DNA of 64,000 bases from an uncultured Gemmatimonadales bacterium (GCA_963779755.1 CAVZZO010000003.1:1728001-1792000), one strand, 5' to 3'; positions 19,601 through 29,060 are shown, counted from the first letter of the stretch. Made by a program: numbers and translations. The notes: generated by a model not told the origin, from the letters alone.

Positions 19601-19784
19601 GGGCCAGGACGCGACGCCGGCCTATCTGCAACTGGCTCGAATCCTGGAACGAACCGGACGGCTGCCCGAGGCACGCGAGGCCTACCAGTTCGTCGCCTAC
19701 GCCTGGCGCCATGCGGACCCGGAGCTTCAACCGCTGGTCGAGGAGACGCGCCAGGTGCTGCTGCGGCTGCCGAAGCCGGACTAG
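16680..19784 (+). CDS. Membrane Ser/Thr protein kinase with TolB-N-like and TPR C-terminal domains
   Basis: GTGGMG; VALK; HRDVKPGN; DFG; YMSPEQ; TM helix; IAVLPF; GTGA overlap with sigma stop. Confidence 0.93.
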   Translation: MTEREVGPGERANPERLEELYERARELGPEARAAFLSEACGGDSRLERELSSLLAHGETGEAFFAGLAEVIVSPAVGHQVGRYRLIGILGTGGMGTVYRAHDTRLDRVVALKFLPSYLSAQPEARERFLVEARAAAALDHPNVCSIHEIGETADGRPFIAMACYEGETLKERLSRGPLPPAEAVRIALQLARGLGAAHDRGIIHRDVKPGNVVLPADGMVRLLDFGLAKVSDVSITGPGVTPGTIAYMSPEQARGDPVDPRTDLWSLGVVLYEMLTGTRPFRGGNDRVVIQAIFHESPDPLHKRMRGGPSSLARTVERLLQKAPEDRYQSADELARDLAGGTSAGRMAAVRDWTRKHTRTVAVAGAGLIGVIALLSLGWLAHRPGNLTAAPDLNSSTPTIAVLPFTVRGPGLEVWHEGMVDLLSMGLDGAAGIRTVNSRTLLARWHQEVGDRAHSDLPLALGVARRTGARYALVGSAVAAGGQIRLGAQLYEVGSGRVLGPVQVEGPADSVLSLVDRLGVQTLGLIPEKDPGEVPALNLASMTTSSLVALKAYLQGEDHYRRSENREAAEAWEQAVRADTLFALAYLGLADAYAWLANYTNALRMRFVESLEHAKAMEQRLPGRERTTMEIRWERLTGVRAVVPTIREALRKYPDAADIWYELGEAYLHDAVAMSGPEQAEEAFRKAAGLQPTMAPYRMHLLDLAFNWHADSAQVARELEADARLAPDAPRTRGGRIAFALAFGDSGARARARAEVLTLDSESAAQVYFFLAHPRFAQLRDAVYRTILPRLDESDRMAVQETRFRVLGLMDGRVHDALATLDEPGTPGFLRYVGPLYLSMRGMPVPEELLKRTLAAARKDSSLFSTRTAAMFAAGTAARLGDWSGYNDLVSRMRELAARGRAAGDTASAGYWDWAVQGTEAHGLWRQGRKEEALQAFESTLPFGQGWFTLWNVGQLSLELGRLDQAERAFRALWGQDATPAYLQLARILERTGRLPEAREAYQFVAYAWRHADPELQPLVEETRQVLLRLPKPD

Positions 19785-19868
19785 ACCCCATCCGAAGGGT
19801 ATAAGACCGATCGGCAGCCCGGTCAGCGCGATATGCCGGTGCGGCAGACCCCTGGGCCGTCCTGGGCT

Positions 19869-20411
19869 TCAGGGCACCGGACAGTCGGGAACACTCCCGT
19901 GGGTCTGCTCCACGTAGACCAGAGCGAAGGGGCCCAGGCCGTGGACCTGGACCTCGGTGCGGCCGCGGGCTTCCACGTAGTGAGGCGCGTACGCGGGCGC
20001 AGTCACGAAGCCGTCCTTGCCATACGCGGTCATGCTGCTCTCGTCGAAGTGGTCTCCCAGGCCGAACAGGAGCGTCCCGCTCAGGACGGTCACGTTCTCG
20101 TCGGTGGGATGCCAGTGCGGGTCGACCACATAGCCGTCCGGGAACAGCAGTCGGACGGTCCAGACGCCTCCGGCTTCCGCGGGATTGCCCCCGATCAGGG
20201 CCAGATCCGCTCCTGGCAGGAAGCAGGGAAGCGCGGGTCCCCACTGAATCTGCTTGCCGTTGATGAGCGAGTGGTCGCCCCCGCTGCTGGCCGCCGCGTC
20301 GGCGCGCGGAGACTCCCCGGCGGGCGCCTCCGGCGTCGTGGTGTCCTCGCAGGCCACCAGGGCCAGCAGGAGGGCCAGCGTTGTGGTCGCGGCGCGTGCA
20401 TGCATGGACAT
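19869..20411 (-). CDS. Cupin-domain lipoprotein (DUF4437-like)
   Basis: LALVAC; PHWHPTDENVTVLSG; PAYAPHY. Confidence 0.8.
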   Translation of the reverse strand: MSMHARAATTTLALLLALVACEDTTTPEAPAGESPRADAAASSGGDHSLINGKQIQWGPALPCFLPGADLALIGGNPAEAGGVWTVRLLFPDGYVVDPHWHPTDENVTVLSGTLLFGLGDHFDESSMTAYGKDGFVTAPAYAPHYVEARGRTEVQVHGLGPFALVYVEQTHGSVPDCPVP

Positions 20412-20869
20412 TCGGACCTCCCTCTGCTCTCGGGAGCATGCTCCCTCGGTTCGCGTGACGGACCGATACGGAGCGAGGCCGCCTGGCCCTCGCCCGCGGT
20501 CCGTGTCTTCACCTGCCCCATCCCGAGGGTGGCCATCGCCCGGAGAGCCACAGTCAGGAGCAGCGCATCCAATGGAAGGCCCCTCGAGCGGCGTGCCCGA
20601 ACACCCAGAGTCCTCGGGCCTGGGCGCTCCGGGAGGGACGCCAGCGACTCGGGTGGAGCACCACCGGCCCAGTGGTAAAACCCGGTGGTGAGGTTCCCGG
20701 CCTGAATGTGCTGTATCTCTTATACGAGAAAGCGGGTCGGACAGGGCTCATGGCGCCGGTGGTGGACCCGGGAGGGAAGGGGTCCGACCACACCGCCACG
20801 GTGGCCTGACGAATCGGGAGGGGAGGAGCGAGTCAACCGCGGCGAGGCTCTACCGGGGCTTCAGCCGAC

Positions 20870-21391
20870 TCACACGGCATACTTCTCCCGCAGCATCCGC
20901 AGATGGTGCCGCTCATGCCCCGCCATGATGTACACCAGCGCGCGAGCGCTCACCGGATACCCGCTGGCCGTGCCCTGCCGCGCCAGTGCCTCGGCCGACA
21001 GGCTCCCGGCCAGAGTCAGGGTGGCCGCACGCACCGCGTGATATTCCGCCAGGATGTCGGCCAGGGAGCGGCGGTCGGCCTCGGAGGCGGGCGCGTAGCT
21101 ATCCTGCTCGAAGCCGGCCAGCGGGGTGGTATCGCCCCGGGCGATCCGCAACAGCCGATAGGCAAAGATGCGCTCGGTATCGATGACGTGGACGACCAAC
21201 TCCTTGATGCTCCACTTCCCGGGCGCATAGCGGTGGCGCGCCCGCTCGTCGCCCAGCGGGCTCAGCAGATCGTGAATCTCCCGCTCCCCGCGCTCCAGCA
21301 GGTCGACCGGATCGGCGCCGCCGGGGAGCTGATCGAGGTAGCGGCCATAGTACGGGTTGTACTCGGAAGGGTCGGGGCGGGCGATGGCCAT
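20870..21391 (-). CDS. DinB family protein
   Basis: YAPGKWSIKELVVHVIDTERIF; AGHERHH. Confidence 0.9.
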   Translation of the reverse strand: MAIARPDPSEYNPYYGRYLDQLPGGADPVDLLERGEREIHDLLSPLGDERARHRYAPGKWSIKELVVHVIDTERIFAYRLLRIARGDTTPLAGFEQDSYAPASEADRRSLADILAEYHAVRAATLTLAGSLSAEALARQGTASGYPVSARALVYIMAGHERHHLRMLREKYAV

Positions 21392-21412
21392 GGGAGGCTC
21401 CGGAAAAAGGCA

Positions 21413-22363
21413 CTACGGCAGCGGAATCTCTCCCTTGTGCTTCCCCAGCCACGCGTCGAAACTCTGCAGCTCGGGATTGAGCTTCCGGGCGAAGGCCACA
21501 TCCCGCGTGCGCTGGAAGTGGTCCTCGAAATCACGATAGAACTGGAACATGTTGCCCAGGTCATCGGCACCGGGGAAGCCAAGCCCGCGGTAGAACTCGG
21601 GGGTCACGGCGTTGTATCCGATCTTCTGGCCCAGGGCCTTGCTGAGATCGGCGGCCATTTCGGCGCCGGAGAGGTGCTCGCCGGCGATGCCCACGGTCTT
21701 GCCGATATACTCCTTGCCGGCCTTGAAGATGCCGTAAGCGCACTTGCCGATGTCGACCACGGCGATCCCGGCCATCCGCTTGTCGCCCAGAGGGAACACC
21801 AGCGCCAGCGAGCCGTCGGGCAGGCGCTGCGGGCCGGAGCCGAAATGGATGAAATTGTCCCAGTAGAACGTGGTGAGCAGGAAGGTGGTGGGGACGCCGG
21901 CATCGGTGAAGAAATGATCGGCCTCGCCCTTGGCGTCGAAGTGCGGCACCTTCCACTTGCCGTGCAGCGTAGGCATCTGGTCCGAGTCGAGCGGGACGAA
22001 CTTGCGGGTATCGTCCAGGGTGGACCAGATCACGTGCTGGAGCTTCGCCGCCGCGGCCGCGCGGGCAAGGTTGGCCGCCTGGGCCAGCTCCTTCTCCGGC
22101 GAGAAATGCTCCCAGAAGTTGGTGACGCAATAGGCGCCGTACGCCCCCGCAAAGGCCCGCTCCAGGCTCTGCTCGTCGTTCAGATCGGCCTGCACCACTT
22201 CGGCGCCCGCCGCCGCCAGCGCCCGGGCCTGATCCGATCCGGGGTTCCGGGTGATCGCCCGGGCGGCGAAGCCCCCCCGCTGGTCCGCCAGAATAGCGCC
22301 TACCAGCCCTCCACCCTGGGCGCCGGTAGCGCCGGTGACGGCGATGATCCTGGTCGCGGGCAT
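21413..22363 (-). CDS. NmrA/HSCARG family NAD(P)-binding protein
   Basis: VTGATGAQGG; VPHFDAK; RBS GGAGG. Confidence 0.92.
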   Translation of the reverse strand: MPATRIIAVTGATGAQGGGLVGAILADQRGGFAARAITRNPGSDQARALAAAGAEVVQADLNDEQSLERAFAGAYGAYCVTNFWEHFSPEKELAQAANLARAAAAAKLQHVIWSTLDDTRKFVPLDSDQMPTLHGKWKVPHFDAKGEADHFFTDAGVPTTFLLTTFYWDNFIHFGSGPQRLPDGSLALVFPLGDKRMAGIAVVDIGKCAYGIFKAGKEYIGKTVGIAGEHLSGAEMAADLSKALGQKIGYNAVTPEFYRGLGFPGADDLGNMFQFYRDFEDHFQRTRDVAFARKLNPELQSFDAWLGKHKGEIPLP

Positions 22364-22541
22364 ATCCACCTCCGGGGCTGAAGGGAACAGGGGAGGTAAC
22401 ATAGGCGGGAAGTCGGGAAGGCGGAAAGTACTCCGAGCCTGGGGCCGGGCCGCTTCGGCTGGGCGACACCCGGGAAGCGGCCGTCTATGGCGCCCGGCGG
22501 TCCCGATTCCTAGCTTCAGGGGATACCCTGGAGGACGACGC

Positions 22542-24716
22542 ATGGCCGAAGCCCCCCCGCCCATGCCCGACCTGGTCGACCCGTTGCTGGAATCGCTGCG
22601 GGAGGCGACCATCGGCGATTATGAAGTCCTGGCCGAGCTCGGCCGGGGCGGCATGGCTGTGGTGTACCTGGCGCACGACCTGGCGCTCGACCGCAAGGTG
22701 GCCATAAAGGTCATGCTGCCGGCCCTGGTGCAGAGCGAAGGTTCCGCCGAGCGCTTCAAGCGCGAAGCCCGCACCGCAGCCTCGCTGACCCATCCGAACA
22801 TCATTCCCATCTACGCGGTCCGGCACCAGGACGTGCTGCTCTACTTCGTCATGCAGTTCGTGGCCGGGCGCACGCTCGATTCAATCATCGAGGAGCGGGG
22901 GCAGCTGCCGGTGGCCATGGTGCAGGACATCCTCACCCAGGTGGGCGACGCGCTGGCCTACGCGCACCGGCGCGGGGTCATTCACCGGGATGTGAAGCCG
23001 GGCAACATCCTGCTGGATGAAGACGGCCGAGCCATCGTGACCGATTTCGGCATTGCCAAGGTCAGTTCGGCCGAGAGCCTCACCCAGACCGGCGGCGTGG
23101 TCGGCACCCCTTCCTATATGAGTCCGGAACAGTGTACCGCCTCGACGGTCACCGGGGCGTCCGATCAGTACTGCCTCGGGCTCATCGGCTACGAGATGCT
23201 CACCGGGAAGCAGCCCTTTACCGGCGCCACCGCGGTCCAGCTCATGTTCAGCCGCTGCACCGAAGACCCACCGCCTCTCGAGAAGGCGCGGCCTGATTGC
23301 CCCCACCATATCACCGAGGCGATCACCCGGATGCTGGCCCGGGAAGCGGCGGATCGCTGGCCTCACATGGCCGACGCGGTGGCGGCGGTCGGCAGCCCGT
23401 CCACCGGGGAACGCGAGCCCATTCGCCAGGAGATGGCGACGCTGGCCCGTACCGGAACCTCCGCGCGGATCTTCAAGGCCATGCGGACGCCCACCAGCCC
23501 GATCCCGGCCGCGCGCGCGACCAGCAGCAGCCCGGCCGTTCCCGCAACCAGCACCGCGGCCGTGGCTGTCCCCCGGGCCCTGCTGTATGCGTTTCCGGCC
23601 GTACTGCTCCTGGCCGTTGCCGGGTGGGTCCTGCTGCGGGGGCGCGCGCCGGCCCCGGTGCAGGCGCCCGCCCCGGCGGTGGCCGCCGATACTTCCGACC
23701 CTGCCCCTGCCCCTGCCCCGGCAGCGGCGGTGGCGCGTGTCCGCCTCTCGCCCGCCGGGGCAGTGGCACTCGAGGCCGGAGGCACCGTCCAATTGTCCGC
23801 TACCGCCCTGGATGCTTCAGGGAAGCCGGTTCCGGACGCGGGCATCGAGTGGGGATCGAGCGATTCGTCGGTCGCGGTCGTGTCGCCGGCGGGTGTGGTG
23901 CGGGGAACAGGTCCCGGCATAGCTACGCTGACGGCGCAAAGCCGCGGGAGCATCAGCGCAACGGCGGTCACGGTCCGCGGGCCGCCGGCTCCGCCGCCGG
24001 CGGCCCGCCAGGCGCCGGCGCGCCCGGCAGCTTCCACCGTGGCGGCGCTGAGCCTGGTCGCGCCGGCGGAAACGCTGGGAATCGGGGGCGTAATCCGACT
24101 GCGGGCCACCCCCGAGGACGAGGCGGGCCGCGCCCTCGAGGGGCAGGAGTTCTTCTGGTCCTCCAGCGCGCCACGGGTCGCCAGCGTGGGCGAGGACGGC
24201 ACCGTGACTGCGCAGGGCGCGGGCAGCGCCACCATCACGGCCACCACGGGCGGCGTCTCCCGCAGTGTGAAGCTGACCGTGCTTCCGGGCGCGGCCCCGG
24301 CGAAGCCGGCGCCGGATACCGCCACTTCAGCACCCGTGGCGGCCGCGACGCCGCCGCCAGCCGCTCCCCCTGTGGCCACCGCGGAGGAAAACCGCCGGGC
24401 CATCGCCACCGTTCTCGCCGCCTTCAGGACGGCCGTGGTCTCCCGTGACATTACCCGGCTGCGGCGAGCCTATCCCGGCATGACCCAGCCGGAAGAACAA
24501 GCCTATCGCGAGCTGTTCCAGAGCGGCGGCCAGTTCGATCTCGAGCTGGCGTCGGAGACGCCCGACATTCAGGGCACGACCGCGGTGGTGACCGGCACCG
24601 CCCAGTACCACTATACCGAGCCGCGGAAGCTGGAACAGGCGTTCAGCTACCGGGCGGTACTCGACGGCTCTTCCGGAAACTGGCGACTGACCTCGATCGT
24701 TTTCGCCCAGCAGTAG
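22542..24716 (+). CDS. Membrane Ser/Thr kinase with two extracellular Ig-like (Big_2) domains
   Basis: GRGGMA; HRDVKPGN; DFG; TM helix; WGSSDSSVAVV and WSSSAPRVASV repeats. Confidence 0.92.
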   Translation: MAEAPPPMPDLVDPLLESLREATIGDYEVLAELGRGGMAVVYLAHDLALDRKVAIKVMLPALVQSEGSAERFKREARTAASLTHPNIIPIYAVRHQDVLLYFVMQFVAGRTLDSIIEERGQLPVAMVQDILTQVGDALAYAHRRGVIHRDVKPGNILLDEDGRAIVTDFGIAKVSSAESLTQTGGVVGTPSYMSPEQCTASTVTGASDQYCLGLIGYEMLTGKQPFTGATAVQLMFSRCTEDPPPLEKARPDCPHHITEAITRMLAREAADRWPHMADAVAAVGSPSTGEREPIRQEMATLARTGTSARIFKAMRTPTSPIPAARATSSSPAVPATSTAAVAVPRALLYAFPAVLLLAVAGWVLLRGRAPAPVQAPAPAVAADTSDPAPAPAPAAAVARVRLSPAGAVALEAGGTVQLSATALDASGKPVPDAGIEWGSSDSSVAVVSPAGVVRGTGPGIATLTAQSRGSISATAVTVRGPPAPPPAARQAPARPAASTVAALSLVAPAETLGIGGVIRLRATPEDEAGRALEGQEFFWSSSAPRVASVGEDGTVTAQGAGSATITATTGGVSRSVKLTVLPGAAPAKPAPDTATSAPVAAATPPPAAPPVATAEENRRAIATVLAAFRTAVVSRDITRLRRAYPGMTQPEEQAYRELFQSGGQFDLELASETPDIQGTTAVVTGTAQYHYTEPRKLEQAFSYRAVLDGSSGNWRLTSIVFAQQ

Positions 24717-24737
24717 CCACTCTCAAGCGGGGGGTAC

Positions 24738-26075
24738 ATGCGCCGTCCAGCGCTCGTCCTGTTCATCCTGCTCTCTGCGGCAGCAGGCCTCCACGCCCAG
24801 GATCAGACTCTGCGGGATCGTATCACCGGGTTGTTCATCTTCGGGCCCGGTGAAGACCCGCTCTTTCTGGCCGGCACCGCCGATCCGGACAATCCCGCCT
24901 CCATTCAGGCGCACGGGAGCCATTTCGTTCCCTCGGCGGTCAGCGCCAACGGCAGCCTGATCCTCTTCCTGGGCAGCGCCATCGGCGCCAATATCGGGAA
25001 CCTGCCCATCAGCGCCACCAGCAGCGGCACCACCTTCCGCCTTCAGGCCGGGGTTCCCGTGCCCACCAGCACCTCGGCGGGCCCGATCTTCGCCGAGCGG
25101 GCGCAGACCATGGGCCGGGGGCGGGTGTTCGTGGGCGCCGGCGTCAGCGTGTTTCATTTCAAGAGCCTGCGGGGCGTGCCGCTGGACAACGTGCACCTCA
25201 ACTTCACGCACGTGAATGCCGACTTTCCAGGTTGCGACAGCGTCTTCGGCGGGGACTGCTCCAGGATGGGTATCCCCCAGTTGGAGAACGATGTCATCGG
25301 GCTCGACCTCAACCTCGGCGTCAATGTCCGGGCCACCACTCTGGCGCTGACCTACGGCCTCACCGACCGGATCGATATCGGCGTGGCGCTGCCGCTGGTG
25401 ACCGTTTCGGTTCAGGGGGTCAGCAACGCCCAGGTTATTCCCTTCGGCCCCAACATCGCCCACTTCTTTGCCGGTACCGTGGACAATCCGGTATTGACGG
25501 CGAGCCGGTTCGAAGAGGGATCGGCCACCGGCCTGGGAGACGTGGCGGTGCGGGCGAAGCTCGGGGTGAGCGAGTCGGCCCGGGCGCGCTTCGCCATCCT
25601 GGCCGACGCCCGGCTTCCCACCGGCAACAAGGACAATTTTCTCGGATCGGGGAACTACGCCCTGCGGGGGGTGGGCATCGTGTCGGCCCAGTTCGGCAAC
25701 TTCTCCCCGCACGCCAATGTGGGCTACCTCTACCGCTCGGGGGCCCTCAACAACGACTACTTCCTGGCGACCGCCGGTTTCGACCATCTGCTCGCCCCCT
25801 GGGCGACGCTGGCGGTGGATCTCGTCTCCGAGCTCCAGGTCGGCGTGAACCGCCTGCGGTTACCGGGGCCGGTGGTCTACGATGCGCCATTTCACCGGAC
25901 GGTGCAGCCCAGCTCCATTCCCAACAGCCCGGACGACCTGATCAACGGTGCCGTGGGGTTCAAGTTTCTCACCGGGCCGGGCCTCACCATCGTGACCAAC
26001 GCCCTCATCCCGCTCAACCGGGGCGGGCTCCGGCCCGACGTGGCCTGGACCGCCAGCCTGGAATACAACTTCTGA
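24738..26075 (+). CDS. Outer-membrane beta-barrel protein (MetA-pathway/transporter-like)
   Basis: Signal peptide; YGLTDRIDIGVALP; GLGDVAVRAK; LPTG...LGSG; C-terminal LEYNF. Confidence 0.75.
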   Translation: MRRPALVLFILLSAAAGLHAQDQTLRDRITGLFIFGPGEDPLFLAGTADPDNPASIQAHGSHFVPSAVSANGSLILFLGSAIGANIGNLPISATSSGTTFRLQAGVPVPTSTSAGPIFAERAQTMGRGRVFVGAGVSVFHFKSLRGVPLDNVHLNFTHVNADFPGCDSVFGGDCSRMGIPQLENDVIGLDLNLGVNVRATTLALTYGLTDRIDIGVALPLVTVSVQGVSNAQVIPFGPNIAHFFAGTVDNPVLTASRFEEGSATGLGDVAVRAKLGVSESARARFAILADARLPTGNKDNFLGSGNYALRGVGIVSAQFGNFSPHANVGYLYRSGALNNDYFLATAGFDHLLAPWATLAVDLVSELQVGVNRLRLPGPVVYDAPFHRTVQPSSIPNSPDDLINGAVGFKFLTGPGLTIVTNALIPLNRGGLRPDVAWTASLEYNF

Positions 26076-26521
26076 TGACCGACACCTCCAGGAAACCGCG
26101 AGTCAGCGCCGAGGTACCGCGCGACCAGTCCGAGGCAGCCCGGGCCAGCTTCGAGCGGTGCTGCGCGTCGCCCGATTTCATCCCGACCTTCTATCACCTC
26201 TTCTTCACCGCGTGCCCCGAGGCAAAGGCACGGTTCGAAGCGACGGATTTCTTCCGCCAGCATCAGCTGCTGCGCCACGCCCTGCGGCTGCTGCTGCTCT
26301 ACCCCAACCGCCCCGAAGCGGAAGGCCACGACCTGCTCCGGCGGGTCGCCGAGCGGCACAGCCGCCGCGACCTGGATATCCCACCGGAGCTCTACCCGCC
26401 CTTCGTGGACAGCCTGATCCGGGCCGTGGCGCGGTACGATCCGGAGTGCAACGAGGGTATCGAGGCAGCCTGGCGGGCAACCATCCGCGGTGGGGTGGAG
26501 TACATGAAATCGCGGTACTAG
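26075..26521 (+). CDS. Single-domain globin
   Basis: SFERC...FYHLFF...F..TDF.RQ..LL...AERHS..DLDIPPELY; TGATG coupling. Confidence 0.8.
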   Translation: MTDTSRKPRVSAEVPRDQSEAARASFERCCASPDFIPTFYHLFFTACPEAKARFEATDFFRQHQLLRHALRLLLLYPNRPEAEGHDLLRRVAERHSRRDLDIPPELYPPFVDSLIRAVARYDPECNEGIEAAWRATIRGGVEYMKSRY

Positions 26522-27801
26522 TCCGCGCTCCTCAGTTCCTGCAATCGCTCCTCCAGGAACCGGCGCTCCGGTTCCTGTGCCGCAAGATCCAGGGCCCGCT
26601 GGAACGCGGCGGCCGCTTCGTTCCTGCGACCCAGCCGGCGGAGCAGCTCTCCCCGGGCGGAGTGGGCCAGATGATAGGCGCCGAGCTCCCCCCGGTCCAG
26701 GATGCCGTCAATGAGCCCGAGCCCCGCTCCTGGCCCGTCGCGCATGGCGATGGCCACCGCCCGGTTGAGCTCGACCACCGGCGTGGGCTCCACCCGGAGC
26801 AGCACATCGTACAGACCGGCGATCTGCGGCCAGTCGGTAGCATCCGGTGTCGCGGCCTCCGCGTGCAGCGCCGCGATCGCCGCCTGCAAGGCATAGGGCC
26901 CCGCCCGTCCCGACCGCAGCGCCCGCTCGACCAGCGACGTACCTTCGGCAATCTGCTCCCGGCTCCAGAGGGTGCGGTCCTGGTCTTCCAGAAGCACGAT
27001 GGTGCCGTCGCCGCTCGTGCGCGCCGGTCTCCGGGAATCGTGCAGCAGCATGAGCGCCAGGAGACCCAGGGTCTCCGTGTCGGGCAGCAATTCGACCATC
27101 TCCCGCCCCAGCCGGATCGCCTCCACCGCAAGGTCGGTTCGCGTCACCGCATCTCCTGCGGTGGCGGCGTAGCCCTCGTTGAAGACGAGATAGATCACCT
27201 GGAGGACCGCGTCGAGTCGCTCCGGCAGTTCGGCCCGCGAGGGGACCTCATAAGGAATGCCCGCATCACGAATCTTGGCCTTGGCCCGGACGATCCGCTG
27301 GGCGATGGCCGGCGTCCGGCTGAGATAGGCCCGGGCGATTTCCTCGGTCCGGAGCCCGCAGACCTCCCGGAGCGTGAGCGCGACTCGCGCCTCGGGCGAC
27401 AGGGCCGGATGGCAGCAGGTGAAGATGAGGCGGAGCTGGTCGTCCCGCACCGCCTCATCGTCCACCTCCGGCGGCGGCCCGGCTTCGCTACCCAGGCGAT
27501 CGGCGATCGCCCCCCGGGCGGCATCGAACCGCGCCGCCCGTCGCAACCGGTCGATCGCACGGAACCGCCCGGCGGACACCAGCCAGGCGCGGGGGTGGGC
27601 CGGCACGCCCTCGGCCGGCCACCGCTCCACCGCGGCGGCAAAGGCTTCCGCGAGCGCCTCTTCGGCCAGATCAAAATCGCCGAGCAGGCGGATGAGGGTC
27701 GCCAGGATCCGCCGGGACTCGGACCGGTAGAGCGCACCGATCCGCTCGGTCAGGTCACTCCCGGGACACCGGCCCGGGCCGCGAAGGGAGACAGACGGCA
27801 C
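26518..27801 (-). CDS. ECF42-type sigma factor with C-terminal TPR extension
   Basis: DDQLRLIFTCCHPAL; EIARAYL; YLVFNEGY; GPYALQAAIAALH; TDWPQI; VVELNRAVA. Confidence 0.9.
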   Translation of the reverse strand: MPSVSLRGPGRCPGSDLTERIGALYRSESRRILATLIRLLGDFDLAEEALAEAFAAAVERWPAEGVPAHPRAWLVSAGRFRAIDRLRRAARFDAARGAIADRLGSEAGPPPEVDDEAVRDDQLRLIFTCCHPALSPEARVALTLREVCGLRTEEIARAYLSRTPAIAQRIVRAKAKIRDAGIPYEVPSRAELPERLDAVLQVIYLVFNEGYAATAGDAVTRTDLAVEAIRLGREMVELLPDTETLGLLALMLLHDSRRPARTSGDGTIVLLEDQDRTLWSREQIAEGTSLVERALRSGRAGPYALQAAIAALHAEAATPDATDWPQIAGLYDVLLRVEPTPVVELNRAVAIAMRDGPGAGLGLIDGILDRGELGAYHLAHSARGELLRRLGRRNEAAAAFQRALDLAAQEPERRFLEERLQELRSAD

Positions 27802-27803
27802 GG

Positions 27804-28160
27804 CTACTCCACGCTGAACTCCCGGATCGGCCGCACCTCGACACTCCCGAAGCGGGCGGACGGGATGCGCGACGCGACCTGGATGGCATCGTTCAGGTCC
27901 CGCGCCTCGATCAAGTAGAAACCGCCGAGCTGCTCCCGGGTCTCCGCGTAGGGACCGTCAGTGGTGGTCGCCTTCCCGTTTCGCACCCGGATGGTGGTCG
28001 CCGTCTGGACCGGCTGGAGGGCCTCACCACCCAGATGGTGGCCGCTCTTCATGATGTCCTTCGTGTAGGCCACGTACTCCTGGTGTATCGCCTCCCGGTC
28101 GGGCCCGGACATTCCGTTGATCGTCGCTTCGTTGTCATAGATCAGGCACAGGTATTTCAT
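27804..28160 (-). CDS. YciI/DGPF domain protein
   Basis: MKYLCLIY; TDGPYAETREQLGGFYLI; VEVRP. Confidence 0.92.
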   Translation of the reverse strand: MKYLCLIYDNEATINGMSGPDREAIHQEYVAYTKDIMKSGHHLGGEALQPVQTATTIRVRNGKATTTDGPYAETREQLGGFYLIEARDLNDAIQVASRIPSARFGSVEVRPIREFSVE

Positions 28161-28204
28161 GGTGTCCTCCAGAGGAGAGATCAGGAACCGTCGGACACCA
28201 GCTA

Positions 28205-28231
28205 GTCGACTGGCGAGCCACCATTTCGACA
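28205..28231 (-). promoter_or_regulatory. ECF42-type promoter 1 (yciI-sigma)
   Basis: TGTCGA-aatggtggctcgccagt(17)-CGAC. Confidence 0.8.
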
Positions 28232-28296
28232 CACCGGCTCCAGGAATTCCCGCCAGCCTGGAACGGCTCCGATACTGCAATGGGCTAGAGCGTTCC

Positions 28297-28326
28297 CCTG
28301 ATTCCCGGTTCCCGATTCCTGATCCC
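28297..28326. repeat. Heptamer array (CCTGATT-type); related arrays at 29030-29053, 3451-3470, 42709-42735
   Basis: cctgatt cccggtt cccgatt cctgatc. Confidence 0.6.
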
Positions 28327-28820
28327 TATCCACCCCACCCCTCATCCGCGGTCGGACCGTACATCGACGGCACCGGTATATCCAGCAGCCGCAGATACAT
28401 GCCGAGCTGGGCCCGGTGGTGCACCAGGTGGCTGATGTGGTTGCGCACGATGACGGCTCGCGGCGCCGAGAAGAGCACCTTGTCACCATGCCTGAGCGAC
28501 CAGGTCACGCCGTAATCGCCGTCCGCCGTCGAGGCGATCGCCTCCCTGGCTTCCCGTACGTTCTGGTCGAACCCGGCCAGCAGCGTCTCCGTCTCCTCCA
28601 TGCTGTACCCGGCCGCCTTCGCCAGATCGAGCGAGGTCTCCTTCAGCGCGTTGGCGATCCAGCCCGGCATCCAGCTGACCAGCTGCGCCAGGTGGGCCAG
28701 GCAGAACGACTTGGAGTGCGGCTTCCACTCTCCCTTGTCGCTGGGCACCCGTTCCAGCACCCGGCGGGTGGTGGCCATTTCCTGGTCGAATTCGGGGAGG
28801 AGGGTCTGGGAGAAGGGCAT
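28326..28820 (-). CDS. DinB family protein
   Basis: EFDQEMATTRRVLERVP; WKPHSKS; HLVHHRAQLGMYLRLL..PVPSMYGPTADE. Confidence 0.9.
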   Translation of the reverse strand: MPFSQTLLPEFDQEMATTRRVLERVPSDKGEWKPHSKSFCLAHLAQLVSWMPGWIANALKETSLDLAKAAGYSMEETETLLAGFDQNVREAREAIASTADGDYGVTWSLRHGDKVLFSAPRAVIVRNHISHLVHHRAQLGMYLRLLDIPVPSMYGPTADEGWGG

Positions 28821-28836
28821 GGAGCCTCCATTCAAA

Positions 28837-28981
28837 GGCGGTATGGCGGTATGAGGCGGTACGGCGGTACGGCGGTACGGCGGTACGGCGGTACGGCGGT
28901 ACGGCGGTACGGCGGTACGGCGGTACGGCGGTACGGCGGTACGGCGGTACGGCGGTACGGCGGTACGGCGGTACGGCGGTA
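28837..28981. repeat. Octamer microsatellite (GGCGGTAC)n
   Basis: 15 perfect copies from 28855 plus a 7/8 copy, preceded by two GGCGGTAT. Confidence 0.97.
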
Positions 28982-29060
28982 AATGAGTACAGATCGGGGC
29001 ATACCGGGGCAAGGTACCCCGGTTCTGGTCCCTGATTCCTGACTCCTGATCCCTGCGGCA

